From NCBI GenBank assembly GCA_025558095.1, contig JAIVFI010000022.1, forward strand, positions 372,001 to 436,000: a stretch of DNA of 64,000 nucleotides. The letters are read 5' to 3'. This DNA comes from Hyaloraphidium curvatum SAG 235-1 (lineage: Eukaryota; Fungi; Monoblepharomycota). Below, one piece after another: positions 13,111 to 25,214 of the stretch; position 1 is the stretch's first letter; each line of letters begins with the position of its first letter. The position numbers were made by a program, and so were the translations under genes. The notes beneath the pieces are model-generated. The model was not told where the DNA came from, searched no databases, and saw only the letters and a program-made list of their open reading frames with translations.

Positions 13111-16100
13111 CTAGTGCGCCCGCGACAGAGCCTCGACCAGCCTGCGTACCTCGACCACGTCGACGTTCTGGGATTCCATGCCCTCGACGACCGCCTCCTG
13201 CTGCTCGGGGACCAATTCCAGAAACATCTCGACGAGATCACCGTCGATGAAATGGTGCGCGGGGTTTGACCGCTTCTCGTTGGCAAACGATCGCCAGCTG
13301 ACCACCGCGATTCGCTCAGTTCAGCGCACCGACACATTGATCCGTCCCACCTTGCGTGGCCGAATGAGCCCGCGCTGTGAATGCTCTTTGCCAGGCTCGA
13401 TTGGAGGCTCTCGAGGGTATTGTAATGCTCCTTGCTGATGTTGAGTATAGACCCGATGGAGCCGTCGCTCATGGCAAAAAGGAGGTTCGGTCTCGCGACC
13501 GACGAGGTTTCCGCCAAGGTCATTACCAGACTACCTGCGGTCGCACAGTCAGCGCCCCGAGTCGAGCGATAGCCTGCTTGGAGGTTACCTTTCTGAAAGC
13601 GATTCACGTTGCCGCCGACGTGGTACTCTCCAACGAGCTCGAGCCGCCGACGTTCCTCGTCCCTCGTCGCATCGGTGTTCCGCCGGAGTGTAAAGAGATT
13701 GAAGGAGTTGTCGGCGCCGATAAAGACGTCGTCATTCAGCATGCCGGCTGCCGTTATCCAGTTGGTATCCGCGTCCCGTGCAACGAGCTCCAGTTTGCCC
13801 TGCTCGCTCCGGAACATGAGCAGGCTCAGAGACTTCATCAAATCGCCGACGAGGAGATAGGGACCGCGGCTCGCCATGGTGAGTGCGATAACAAGACCGT
13901 GGTGTCCGCAGACCTGGACGAGGCTCGCCGGCCCATCGGCCGGTATCTCTGGGCGGTAGACGTAGATCTGAAAACGCGATCAGCTCTTCGACAAAAGGGG
14001 CAGCAAAAGAGCAGCACCTTGTTGTTGATGCCCGCCGCGAAATGACCGTCCAGAGGCGCGAACGAATAAACGGCTCCCTTGACTTCAGCCTGGGCCACAA
14101 CGCGCAACGATTTGTTGACGACCTCAAGAACAATGATTCTCCCCTTTTGCGGCTCGTCCTCGCTGGGATCGGCAAAAGCCGTGCCGACGACAAAGACGGT
14201 TGCAGCGGGCCTGTCCTGCTCTCCCACGTTGAATTCGTAGGAAGCGATGCTCAGTCCCTGCTCATTCGTCTGCAACCCCAATGAATCCAGGACTAGGAGG
14301 AGCGTGAGTGGCGATCGAGCACGCCCACTGCTGGGAATCACCTTCAAACGTCTGATCGTCGACGATTCTGACGCAGGACGACTCATGCTCGTCCCCAGTG
14401 GCGTCATCCCGGTTCGTCTGCAAGGTCAGGATAGCAAACGTGCGCGACTGCTCTTGGTAGGCGATTCTTCGCGCCATCTCTCGCAGATGGACGGTCCTGA
14501 TGTGCAGCTTCTGGATCTGATCGACGGTCCCGATCTTCAAGCGCTCCTCGGAAACGATGGCCAGGGCGTTCGGGACCTCCTCCGAGCTGAACCCCGACAT
14601 GCTCAGGGCCTCCTGCCCGCGCGAAAGTTGTCAGCGAGAACGCGAAGAGGACTGACACCGCAGCCACCTTGAGGTTCATCTGCGAGTACAGCATCTTCCG
14701 GTTCTGACTGTGAACGACTGTTGGCCGATCGCATCCGACAAAGACATTCTCGTGGCCGTTGGAATCCAGAAACCGAGTGAGCGTGATTGGCTGCGTTCCC
14801 AGGGTGATGACCCTCTTGTCGTAGAGCACAACCGACCCAGCCGGGCCGCCCAAAGTCACGTCGTACAGCCTCCCATCACCTTGACCAACGAGTAGATGGT
14901 GCACACCTTCAAAATTGGTCAACGCGACAGACCGAGGGATGAAGTCGCCGTCAAGCTTCTGCACGGCGACTGTTTCGAACGTGGGCAGTCTGCGTATCGA
15001 GACCGCCTCTTGCGTGTTCCAGACGCCGACAGCGCAGAGCTCAGAAGGGCTTCTTTCCGCAGGCTGCGCGGCGATGTCCAAACAGGAGATCTCCTGTTCG
15101 AACGCATGACTCCTGGTTTTCCTTTTAGCACATGGACTGAAACGCGAAAGAAGCGCAACACACCCCATGTGCCGGAGCTTTCCACCCTCAATCGCAAAGA
15201 GCTCGAGCGTCTTGTCTCCCAAAGCGCAAAGCACTTGCACTTTGTTTGCTGTCGCCACCGTTATCCGTGTTCCTTGCCGCGGAAGCCACTCGTCGCTGAC
15301 GAGCCGCGTCGAAGCGCTCACGAGACGAATACCTTTGGCGGTGATCTGCACGGTGCAGAGGTCATGCTTGAGCAAGGCATGAAACACGTAGTCGCAAACA
15401 GACCTGGAGAAAGTGGTCCCCAGTCATGTTGCCGCAGTGGAGCGTCGGTTCGCTGGGGTCGAAGCCCTCGATTGAGACCTCGTTCAGCTCTCCGCCGGTG
15501 ATCTCGAGTACTTGCGTGCCCTCCACGAACGAAAGGACGAGCAGCTCGTCGTAGCTTTCGCACAGCAATGAGATCCATCTCCGACCAGGGGCGACGAGCT
15601 TACTTGGAAGCCTCATGCGGTCTCAGGGACCATACGTTCTTGAGTCCCGGCATCTCGAAGTCGGCTATCTCGTTGAGACCGACACCGCTCCGGATGATTC
15701 TCAACGTCCCGTCCTTAAAGCCACCACAGCAGGCGACGATCTGGCCCTGGCCCTGCTTGTCCGAATCCATGACCGCAAAATCCAATATCGGAGCCAAGTT
15801 GGTGTACTTGTCGAGTGTTTCTAGCAGTTCTCCGCTGTCGTCCTTCTCATCCAAAAGCCGGACCAGTTGCGAATCGCCGTAGTGAGATCCCACAAATACG
15901 TGGCCGTTGTCTAGGTAAACCAGACACGACGGAGCGGAAGTCTGACAATGCCGCGTTAGAGCACCCAACCCATTGACGGAGACGGTTGCTCACAGTTCCA
16001 AGAGGCTCCAGCTTCAGCTCCGTGACCTCGTTTCCTTGGTTGAAGAGGAGGAGCAGGAAAAGGTTGCCATACCGATCCCCCAGCAGGAACCTGGGCGGTC

Positions 16101-17199
16101 CCATGCCATCATCGATCGAGCCCCAGCAGGTCATGATGGTTATCCTGAAGCTGAGCGAAATGGCCGGTTTCTTCCCATCGCCAAGGTAGGTCACAGACTG
16201 CTCGCCGATGACGAGGATTCCGCGCGACGGAGATGGCACCGGAATGAGCATCGAGGCGCCCGCTTCCAAGTTGCTGTGCCGGAGCGGCCCATCGGTGATG
16301 GTCTTGTCCTTGGCAGAAACGTAGTAGCTTCGCAAATGCCGGTTCTCCCGCACGTCCTGGTAAAGGACGGCCAACAACGGCAACTCCCCGCTGCGGGGAT
16401 GAACAAACGCCATAGCAATCACGCTAAGCTCCTCGATGCTGGCAATCATGTTGCGTTGGTCGGCCGCGCTCCCGCTGTGCCTGAGCGCCCACGCACCTGA
16501 CATTGAAGGGTTCGCCAAGATCGCCGGCTCTGGTTCCAGCGCTCCGCTTCCCCTTCCCTTTGTCGCTTTCGTGCTGCATGAAAAATGCCGCACGGTTGCG
16601 AGATGTCCCTTCAGTCGCCACAGGAACGAGCTGCAGCATGCCCTGGTAAAGGTGGAACGCGAGCATCTGGTTGCCAGGATCCAACACAGCGATCTGTCCG
16701 TTCTCCGCAAATGCAGCGCCTCTTTCCGTCATGTCTCCCACGGCTTCGGTCACGAAAGACTGGGCCTGGCTGTCCCACGAAAGCAAGCACAGTTTGCACC
16801 TCTCGGTGAGCAGCAGGAGCAGCTCCCCACGATCCTGGAGCGAGAGCCCGTTAGCGTCAAAGGAACCAACAGCCGACCTGTGCCCCGCGTTTCTACCTTA
16901 GGCTTGAACGACTTCATGGCCGAAATCCGTCCAAAGACGGGTGTGTCGAGAAGGAGCCTGAGCCCCTGCTCCTCGAAGGAGTAGACCTCGAGCCTCGTCC
17001 CCTTGCTATTCCAATCCGCATCAAACGCGACCGATCGCGATGCCTGAGCCATTGCGGCCCACCTCACTACCAGGTGGCTCCGTCCGGAGGCTCCGAGCCG
17101 GCATTTCAACGCGGCCCCGACGGACGTGGGGCGCTGGGCAGTGACGACATACTGCCACAGAGGCAGGCTGTCCGCCGGCTCCATTTCCACGTCCGCCAT
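13111..17199 (-). CDS. DDB1: DNA damage-binding protein 1 (CRL4 adaptor)
   Basis: YVVTAQRPTSV, LVYLDNGHVFVGSHYGDSQL, NLAPILDF, GFKDGTLRIIRSGVG, IQKLHIRTV, LLVGDLMKS, FIDGDLVEMFLEL. Confidence 0.96.
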
Positions 17200-17290
17200 C
17201 ACGGCATCAGGACGCGTTACGGTGTCGCCGAGGCCGCCTCCGCAACTTCTTAGACCTTGCGTCTCAGAGCAGGAGCAGCAGCAGCTCGGC

Positions 17291-18458
17291 ATGCCGATGG
17301 CGGAGGTGCTGCCCGCCGCTTCGTCGTCCGGAGAGGCAGGGGCCACTGGGACGGCCGCCGCCGTAGCGGACCACTACGACCGGAAACCGGAGCTCGGCCG
17401 GCACGTGCGGGAGGCGTCAAAGATCATCCGCCTGCGTTCCTACAACAACTGGCTGAAGGCGACTCTGCTCCAGGCGTACCTCTTCGAGGGGGCCAGGGTG
17501 CTGGACATTGGCGTCGGAAAGGGCGGCGATCTCACCAAGTACTCGTTGGCGGGCATCGGCGATCTGGTGGCAGCAGGTCCGCTGGCGCTCGCTGTCGCAA
17601 GTGACGATGCCAACTGTCTTCCGGCACGGCGCAGATGTGTCTTCGGTGTCCATCTCGCAGGCGCGGGATCGATATAGTGCTCTCCGAGGGCATAGATACC
17701 CGGCCCGGTTCCACGTTCTGGATTGCTTCAAGGTGCGATCGGCCCGGCGCCTGGTGGATGCTGTGCCGACCGCGTCCCGCTTCCAAGGAATCGCTGGAAC
17801 CTTTCCTGACTCCCGATGACGCTTTCGACGTGGTCACCAGTCAGTTTGTCATTCACTACGCCTTCGAAAGCGAACGAACAGTTAGAATCATGCTGGAGAA
17901 CGTGACGAGGCATTTGAAGCCCGGCGGGCACTTCATTGGGACCGTTCCGAACGCAAACTGGATAGTGTGGGTGTGCTTTTTTGGTCCTTCCCGGACGGCT
18001 CACTCACCGTGGCTGCGCTTGGTCTCACCAGCAAGAAGTTGCGTGCCTCGCCCGGGCTGGAGTTTGGCAACAGCATCTACTCGATTCGCTTCGATCAGAA
18101 GGATGAGTACCCGGTCTTTGGCCACAGGTACTGGTTCCAGCTGGAAGACGCGATCGACGACTGTGCGGAGTACCTGATTCACTTTCCAACATTCGAGCGG
18201 TGCGTCATCGATCGCCCTTGGGAGATCGCGGACTCTGAAAGCGAGCTTTCCCCGTGCAGAATCGCTCTAGAGTATGGACTTGAGCTGCAGTACCTGAAGA
18301 CGTTCCACGACTTCTACCTGGAGCACCTGGAGGACGAGGACTCCAAGCGGTTGATGTACAGGATGAACGTCTTCGACGAGAACGGGCAGGTTCCGGCAGA
18401 GGATTGGGAAACGATAGGGGTCTACAGTGTATTCGTGATGCAAAAGATCGAGGCGTAG
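17291..18458 (+). CDS. ABD1: mRNA cap guanine-N7 methyltransferase
   Basis: SKIIRLRSYNNWLKA, VLDIGVGKGGDL, QFVIHYAFESE, LKPGGHFIGTVPN, FGNSIYSIRF, LEDAIDDCAEYLI. Confidence 0.95.
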
Positions 18459-18677
18459 TTGAACGGATCTGCCACGGCGCGTGTTCTGCGATTCGCGAAA
18501 ACAGGCCGACAGAGCGAGCCTTCGGAGTCCGCAGCGCGACGCGCGGACACGTGTGGCCTGCCTCCTGATTCGCTCGCAACTGGCTGCGGCGGCCTTGTGA
18601 GGGCGTGGAACGCGTGCGGTCTCGCGGACGAACAGCGGCAGCGCCCATTTCTCCCAGCGCGTTGCGCAGTGGCCAGC

Positions 18678-20157
18678 ATGCTGGAGGCGACGATGCTTGT
18701 TGCGGACAACTCCGAGTACATGCGGAACGGGGACTACACGCCGAACCGACTGGACGCGCAGAGCGACGCGGTGACGCTCCTGTTCAACGCCAAGACGCAG
18801 TCCAACCCGGAAAACATGGTCGGGCTCATGACGATGGCAGGCAAAGGGTGGGACGAGGCCATTTGCATGACCCGCGACGGCGCGTCTCACGCGTTGGTTG
18901 TCCGGGACGCGTCCTCCGCCAGGCCCGAAGTCCTCGTGACCCTCACGGCGGACATCGGAAAGATCCTCACGGCGCTGCACCAGGTCAAGATCGGCGGCTC
19001 TGCTGCCGTCAGCACCGCGGTTCAGATTGCACAGGTAGACTCAAGTGCTGCTAAGTGCCCTCGTGCTGGAGATCTAACTCGCCGACATGGCACAGCTCGC
19101 TCTCAAGCACCGACAGAACAAGAACCAGAAGCAGAGGATCATCATCTTTGCCGGGAGCCCCATCGAGGAGGACGAGAAGACGCTCGTGAAGCTCGGAAAG
19201 AAGCTGAAGAAGAACAACGTGGCCGTCGACGTCATCAACTTCGGTGAGGAGGCAGAGAACACGACCAAGCTCGACGCTTTCGTCCAGGCCGTGAACAGCA
19301 ACGACAACAGGTGTGCACCTCGCGGTGGCTGCCAGTTCGGCACCTTACGTTGTACCTCCGTGACCATCTGCAGCCACCTCGTCAACATCCCCCCGGGCCC
19401 GCACATCCTGAGCGACGTCCTGCTCAGTTCGCCCATCTTGGCCGGAGAAGATGGCGTGCTGCCCGGTTTCGCCGGATCTGCGGGCGGTGCCGGCTTTGAG
19501 TTTGGAGTGGACCCCAGCCTTGACCCTGAGCTTGCCCTGGTAGAGTTTCGCGCGTTCTTCCAGCATCGGAGCGCAGTTGACCTCCACGACACCCGATAGG
19601 CGCTCCGCATCTCTTTGGAGGAGGAACGCGCCCGCCAGGAAGCTTCTGCGCGGACGGATGGCGGTGCGGGCCCCTCCCAACCCAGCGGAACCGACGCCGC
19701 ACCGGTTGCGGGAGCGGCTGGGGACGTGGACGATGCGCTGGCTCAGGCACTAGCGATGTCGCAGGGCGCAGTGGGAGAGGTAACCCAAGAGTGGCTTCGC
19801 TCGATGCACCGTTTTTGGATCTCATTCGCTCGCTTTAGGACACGGCCATGGATGATCTCACCGAGGAAGAGCAAATCGCGCGGGCCATCGCGCTTTCGAT
19901 GGGCGCCGGAGGCGACGAAGCTGGGGTGCGTTGCGTTGTCCGGTCAGTTCGAATTCGATCTGACTCCCTGAGCGCGCCAGGCGACTGCCGACGCCCTCAA
20001 CGACGCCGAGTTCCTGACGGAAGTCCTCGAGTCTCTGCCCGGCGTAGACACGAAAGACCCTCGCTTCCAGACCATGCTTCAAGGCGGCAAGGAGGACAAG
20101 GATGGCCAGGGCAGTGATAGCAAAGGGGACAAGAAGGAAGAGGACAAGGACAGTTGA
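18678..20157 (+). CDS. RPN10: 26S proteasome regulatory subunit Rpn10
   Basis: [19 protein letters not shown] (vWA), [18 protein letters not shown], UIMs [13 protein letters not shown]|ALRISLEEE and [13 protein letters not shown]. Confidence 0.96.
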
Positions 20158-20188
20158 TACCTCGGCCTGGGGCATTCTGTATTTCCCC

Positions 20189-21993
20189 TCAATTCACCGA
20201 CTTTGTCCGCATACGTTGCGCCTTTGTCTGTGCTTGCAAATGGCGTGAACCCGACAGAGCGTTGACGCACCGCGACAACTCGAACTCGATGCCTGTCCGT
20301 GCGCGAATCACCGCCAGCAACGGCCACGTGGCCTTCTCTCCCTTTAGGATGTAGCGGCTGATGAGCTGTTTCGAGGGCGAGGAGAAAAAATCCGTCAGAT
20401 CGGACAATTGGAAGGATGGTTGGACGACAATGTGCCCCTTTCAGACAGAGATTGCCGTTGTCAATTCCTCCGCCGGCGGGACAAACCGCGAGGGACCCAC
20501 TTGGTACTGCCGATCGGTGCTCCTGAAAGCGTGCGGTAAAAGGCCGAGGTGGGAGAGCTGCGACAGCCTGAAGCGGATCTCGCTTCGCAGCAGGGAAATC
20601 AACCGCGAGTAACCCTTGTTGGGATCTCCCGGCTGCAGCAGCGCGGTCATGGGGTCCGCGGAGGAAACGATGAAGTGGTTGCAGTTGAACATCTCCTGCA
20701 GCCGGCTCTCGGGGCTCTCCGTCGTTTCGCTGTAAGTGGTGTTGCGGCTGGGGTGGAACACGACAGCGTGCCCTGCAGAGTCCTTGGCCAGCAGAACGCT
20801 CCGTTCAAACAGGCCAGAGTCCACCGCAGAGCAGCACGCGGCGGACCATATGAGAACCGAAGGCGCTGCACGGCAGGGTGTCGGGTTACTAGCTTTGCCA
20901 AAGGCAACAGCACATACCCGTCAGATGGTTTAGGAGCTGGGGCACCTCGTTCGTCCGAGAAGAGCTGACGACAATGTTCAGCGCTCGACCCGTTCTTGCG
21001 AAAGCTTGCTGTCGAGCAGACGAGGCGCGGTAAGTTGGCCGCATCGTGTGACGGGGGACATGCACCTACAGCAAAGGTCATATCTCCGACGTTGGCGCGC
21101 ACAAATTCCTGCCGTACATCCGCCATGAGTGTGACCGCCTTCCAACACGACGTGCGCTCGATCCAAACCTCGAGCACCGACACGTCGAAAAGGTTCCCGG
21201 TCTTTAGGAAACGCGTGAGCCTTCGTCGGGTACTGCCGGTCGAGCGCCGGCCTTCGAAAACCCCAAGATCGATCCCCTCCGCTGTCAGAATGTCGGGGAG
21301 CTCGTCGGTGGTGTGGACTCCCACGAGCGCGGCGATCAGCGCTCCGATGCCGCTTCCGGACACAATGCGCGGCAGCAGATTGTTCCTCGCGAGAGTGCGC
21401 GCCACGCCCAGGTGGAAGGCGCCGAACGTGGTTCCACCAGAGAGAATCAGGGCGGTGTTGCCGAAGCTCTGCCTCGTATCGGTGAAGAACTCCAGGCGCG
21501 ATTGCAGCGGCATCTCCTTGTCATCGGCCACCAGCACGAGCTGCGAGCATACCTCGGCCAAGTAGGCTTCGATGAGATTCTTGGTGCCCAGCAGAGACCT
21601 CCGATAGAGTCGCAGGTCCGCGAGTCCGCCTAGGTTCCGCAAAAGCCCACCGCGCAGGAGGTACATCATGGCAGCAACGTCCCCGGCCGCCTCTCGCAAC
21701 CGGACCAGGCGATGGAACAGCAGCTTATGGTCGTAAATCGGCGACGCCGGGTTTGCCCTCCACGCCTGAGCGCCCGACACCGCGTCAATCTCCTTGGCGA
21801 TGGCGGTCCACTCCTCCTGGCTGGTAGCCTGACCCAAGGCGGCCGTGAGGCGGTCGAGCCGGGAGTTGAACGACGTCCCGATGAGCATGCCCAGCAGCGC
21901 GGCAAGGTTGTCCACAAAGGCAATCGCCAGAGAGACGATGAAATGGAGCACCGAGAACACCGTCGGCTGCAGGGCCGCCTTGAGTGTTTCCAT
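20189..21993 (-). CDS. Patatin-like triacylglycerol lipase, Tgl3/Tgl4 family (catalytic motifs degenerate)
   Basis: LLRNLGG, TRQSFGNTALILSGGTTFG, LLPRIVSGSGIG, RLQEMFNCNHFIVS, GEKATWP. Confidence 0.88.
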
Positions 21994-22121
21994 CACAGAC
22001 AGTGAAGGAGGCTCGAAGACCAAGTCTTGCCGTGAAGTTGGAGGTGTGTCGGCGGACGATCGGCGCGCACGGCTCGATCATCCGGCCCGCGCGTCCAAAC
22101 AAAGGGCCATTGGACCTCGCG

Positions 22122-23387
22122 ATGGCGACGGCACGTGCCGTCGGCCGGGGCGGGCGCCTGCCGGAGAGCTGGGACAACCCGTCCGTCATGCGGACGAGCT
22201 CTCCGGCCCCGCCGGCGCAGTCGGCGGCGATTCGTCACAACTGGCTGCGGAACTTGCTCCTGCGCGCCGTCGAGGCCGAGGTGCCCTGGTTGGTGGCTCT
22301 GCAGCGCTTCCGGACCCCTCTGCTGGACGTCGCCATGACCCGGGCGAGCTTTCTTGGGACGCACACCTTCTTCATGCTGGGATTGCCCCTGCTCTTCTTC
22401 GGCGACTTTTCGAATCTTCCCGGGACGGACGCCGAGCTGGCCGCCCGGAGGGCGCTGGCGGAGCGGATGCGGCTCTTTGGGCGGACAATGGTGTTTCTGT
22501 TGGCCGAGGGCGTCTATTTGACTGGCGCGGTGAAGGACTACTTGATGCTACCGCGCCCACCGAGCCCGCCGATCGTGCGCCTGTCGACCCACAAGCTCGC
22601 CGAGGCGAACCCGGGCAAGCCCGTCGCGTCGATAGACACGACGACCCACCTCGAGTACGGCTTTCCCTCGACGCATTCGGCCGACGCCCTCGCCATCTCC
22701 GCGGCGTCGGTCGTCTTTGTGTACAGCTACTTTGCTCCCTTCCTTGCGCCGCTAGTGAGGGACGCGCTCTGGGTGCTGCTCGTCGGGCAGTACCTTCTGG
22801 TCGCCGTGAGCAGGCTGTACTGCGGCATGCACACGGCCTGCGATGTCCTGGGCGGCACCGCGATCGGCATCGCCATGGTCTTCTCCTGGCTCGGAATGGG
22901 CGGTATGGCGGCATTTGAAAGCCTCCTCGGGACGGAACATTGGCTCGTCCCGCTTGCCATACCGTTGCTCCTCGGCATCCTTCCTCTTTACGTGTTCCCT
23001 CTCAAGGCTACCTGCCCCTGCTTTGACGATTGCGTCTGTTTCAACTTTGCTCTCGTCGGCGTGGCTTTGGGTGGCTTTTTCGGCAGGGGCGTGGGGCTCT
23101 CGGTCGAGGTACAACCGGGGGCGCCATTGACGCTGGGGATACCCGCGGCCGAGCTGGTCCTTCGATTCGTCGCACGGACGGCCCTGGGGCTGGGAAGCAT
23201 CGTGCTTTGGCGGCTGGTCATGAAGTCCGTCGGACACGCGGTGTTTCCTCCCCTACTGGGCAAGCGGTTGGGGACCATCCGGGCGAAAGGAACTCCGGAG
23301 CAGGTCACGCGGAGCTTCGTATACACGGGAATCGGTCTGATCGCGACCTATTTTGCCCCTCGCGTGTTCAATACAGTGGGACTCTAG
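22122..23387 (+). CDS. LCB3: Sphingoid-base/sphingosine-1-phosphate phosphatase (PAP2 family)
   Basis: LGTHTFFM, KDYLMLPRP, EYGFPSTHS, SRLYCGMH..DV, CPCFDD; single uninterrupted ORF. Confidence 0.9.
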   Translation: MATARAVGRGGRLPESWDNPSVMRTSSPAPPAQSAAIRHNWLRNLLLRAVEAEVPWLVALQRFRTPLLDVAMTRASFLGTHTFFMLGLPLLFFGDFSNLPGTDAELAARRALAERMRLFGRTMVFLLAEGVYLTGAVKDYLMLPRPPSPPIVRLSTHKLAEANPGKPVASIDTTTHLEYGFPSTHSADALAISAASVVFVYSYFAPFLAPLVRDALWVLLVGQYLLVAVSRLYCGMHTACDVLGGTAIGIAMVFSWLGMGGMAAFESLLGTEHWLVPLAIPLLLGILPLYVFPLKATCPCFDDCVCFNFALVGVALGGFFGRGVGLSVEVQPGAPLTLGIPAAELVLRFVARTALGLGSIVLWRLVMKSVGHAVFPPLLGKRLGTIRAKGTPEQVTRSFVYTGIGLIATYFAPRVFNTVGL

Positions 23388-23402
23388 TCTTTATTGTGGC
23401 CT

Positions 23403-24881
23403 TCAGGAGGAGAGGAAGAACCTGGCCGGGATGGTCAGCAACGGGTAACGGAAAAGCGCGCTGGCGGCGGGCACCCACCACTTGTCGATGTTCTGGGAGG
23501 GATCGATCGGCGCCGGGGGCGAGTTGGTGGCCTGGTTCCGCGGATCAGTACCCGGTGGTGCGACCGATCCGACAAAGCTACCTTCGGCACCTTCTTCGCC
23601 TCCTCGCTGTCAGGGCCCACAGTGTAGGGGCTGTTGGGCGCGGCCGCGTTCGCCCTGAAGCAGCGTGAGGAAACCGACGCGAAATACAAACGCGTCACCT
23701 ACACTTTGATGTCGTAGGCGTCCGCCTTGGGAGGGATCTTGCCCGTGATGAGGCGCTGCCAAGCCTCCTCGCATTCGTGGATCACTTCCATGGCGTACTT
23801 CTTGTTCTTGGCCTCGCCGCTGAAGGCAAACTGGTTCTCCGGCTTGCCGTCCGGGATCTGCAGGCCCCCGTCAGGATCACATCACAAACAGCCGAAAAAT
23901 GAGAGCATACCTTGTAGATCCTGAACGGGACACGGGCATGAGAATCCGACCGTCATGGCGCGCCAAGCAAGCTAGTCCCACCTGAACCACTCGTTGGTCG
24001 CCCTCAGAAGGCCCGGAAGGTGTTTCTCCACGTCCTCAATGTCTGGACGGCCATCAGAACCGCTGAAGCCACCCAAAAGCAGGCAGCTTCAACGCACCGT
24101 TCAGCTTCGAGGCCAGCGGGTCGTTGACATCGATGGTGATGACCTTCCAGTCCGTCTCCCCCTCGTCAAGAAGAGCCATGGTTCCCAGGACCTTGACCTG
24201 CTTGACCTGCCCAACAGTAGCCACCTTCTCACCAATCTCGAGGATGTCAAGGGGATCATTGTCTCCGCGAGCCTTCGTGTCGGGGTGGATCGAAGTGGGG
24301 TCCTCCCACGTCTGGCACCGACGGCCGCGTTAGCTCCCTCTGCCAAAGGCACTGTTCCTGCCAAACCTGGGGGAAGGCGCCGTCTTCGGAGCGCAGGTCA
24401 GTCGTCGAAAGAAAAAGGTTCCCAACAACACCCACAGTTCCAGATGTAGCCGTGGTGGGGGAAGCAGTTGCGAACGTATCGCAGCTTGCCCTTCTTCACA
24501 TCCTGCTTGATGGGGTTGAAGGCCTCGTCCTTCGAGATCTTTTGCGACCCATCAGCGGTTATCCCAGCAGCAGCAAAACAGCAGACTCGCTTCGAGCTTG
24601 GCATTCGTCCACCTCGGAACTTGGATCACACCGCAAGTTAAGCGAGGCCAGCACATGTTGGTGCCACCCACTTTCGATGACGACATTCAGAATGGTCTTC
24701 TCCGGGTTGGCATAGAGCGGGATGTCGTGGAAGGGAGAGACGACCTTCCCGGTCGAGTCCTCTGCGGCACGCACGCTTCCTTCCAGTCCACCGGGAAATG
24801 CCGACGTCCGCAGGGCCCACCAAAGTAGACACGGTAGTCCGTGGTGTTGGCGGCTCCGACGGGGCGAGTTTTGTATGCCAT
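23403..24881 (-). CDS. IPP1: Family I inorganic pyrophosphatase
   Basis: [18 protein letters not shown]|[56 protein letters not shown]; in-frame upstream ATGs at 25034 and 25067. Confidence 0.96.
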
Positions 24882-25214
24882 CGTGGAATTCAAGCGGGAA
24901 GGAGCGGCCGAGAGCTGGCTGGAAAGACTGGCGAGGCGCGATTGGGCCGACACCGTGGCAGACGGGGCTCGGAGGAAAGCTCTCTCTGTTGAAAGCTGTG
25001 AGGCGGGGGACCTGGGAGCCGGGATAAAATTCATCTCACTTGCTGCCGCGAGTCCAGCACTGTGCATCCCGCGTACCTCAGAGGCCGCGGCAATGATGCA
25101 AGCTGTGGACGCCACGAACAGACCCGACCATTCCCGATCAAAGATCAAAGGGTTTCGTGCAGACTTGTAGTGGCTCTGGCCGTCGCGATGGTGACCTAAA
25201 AAGCGGCCATCGCG

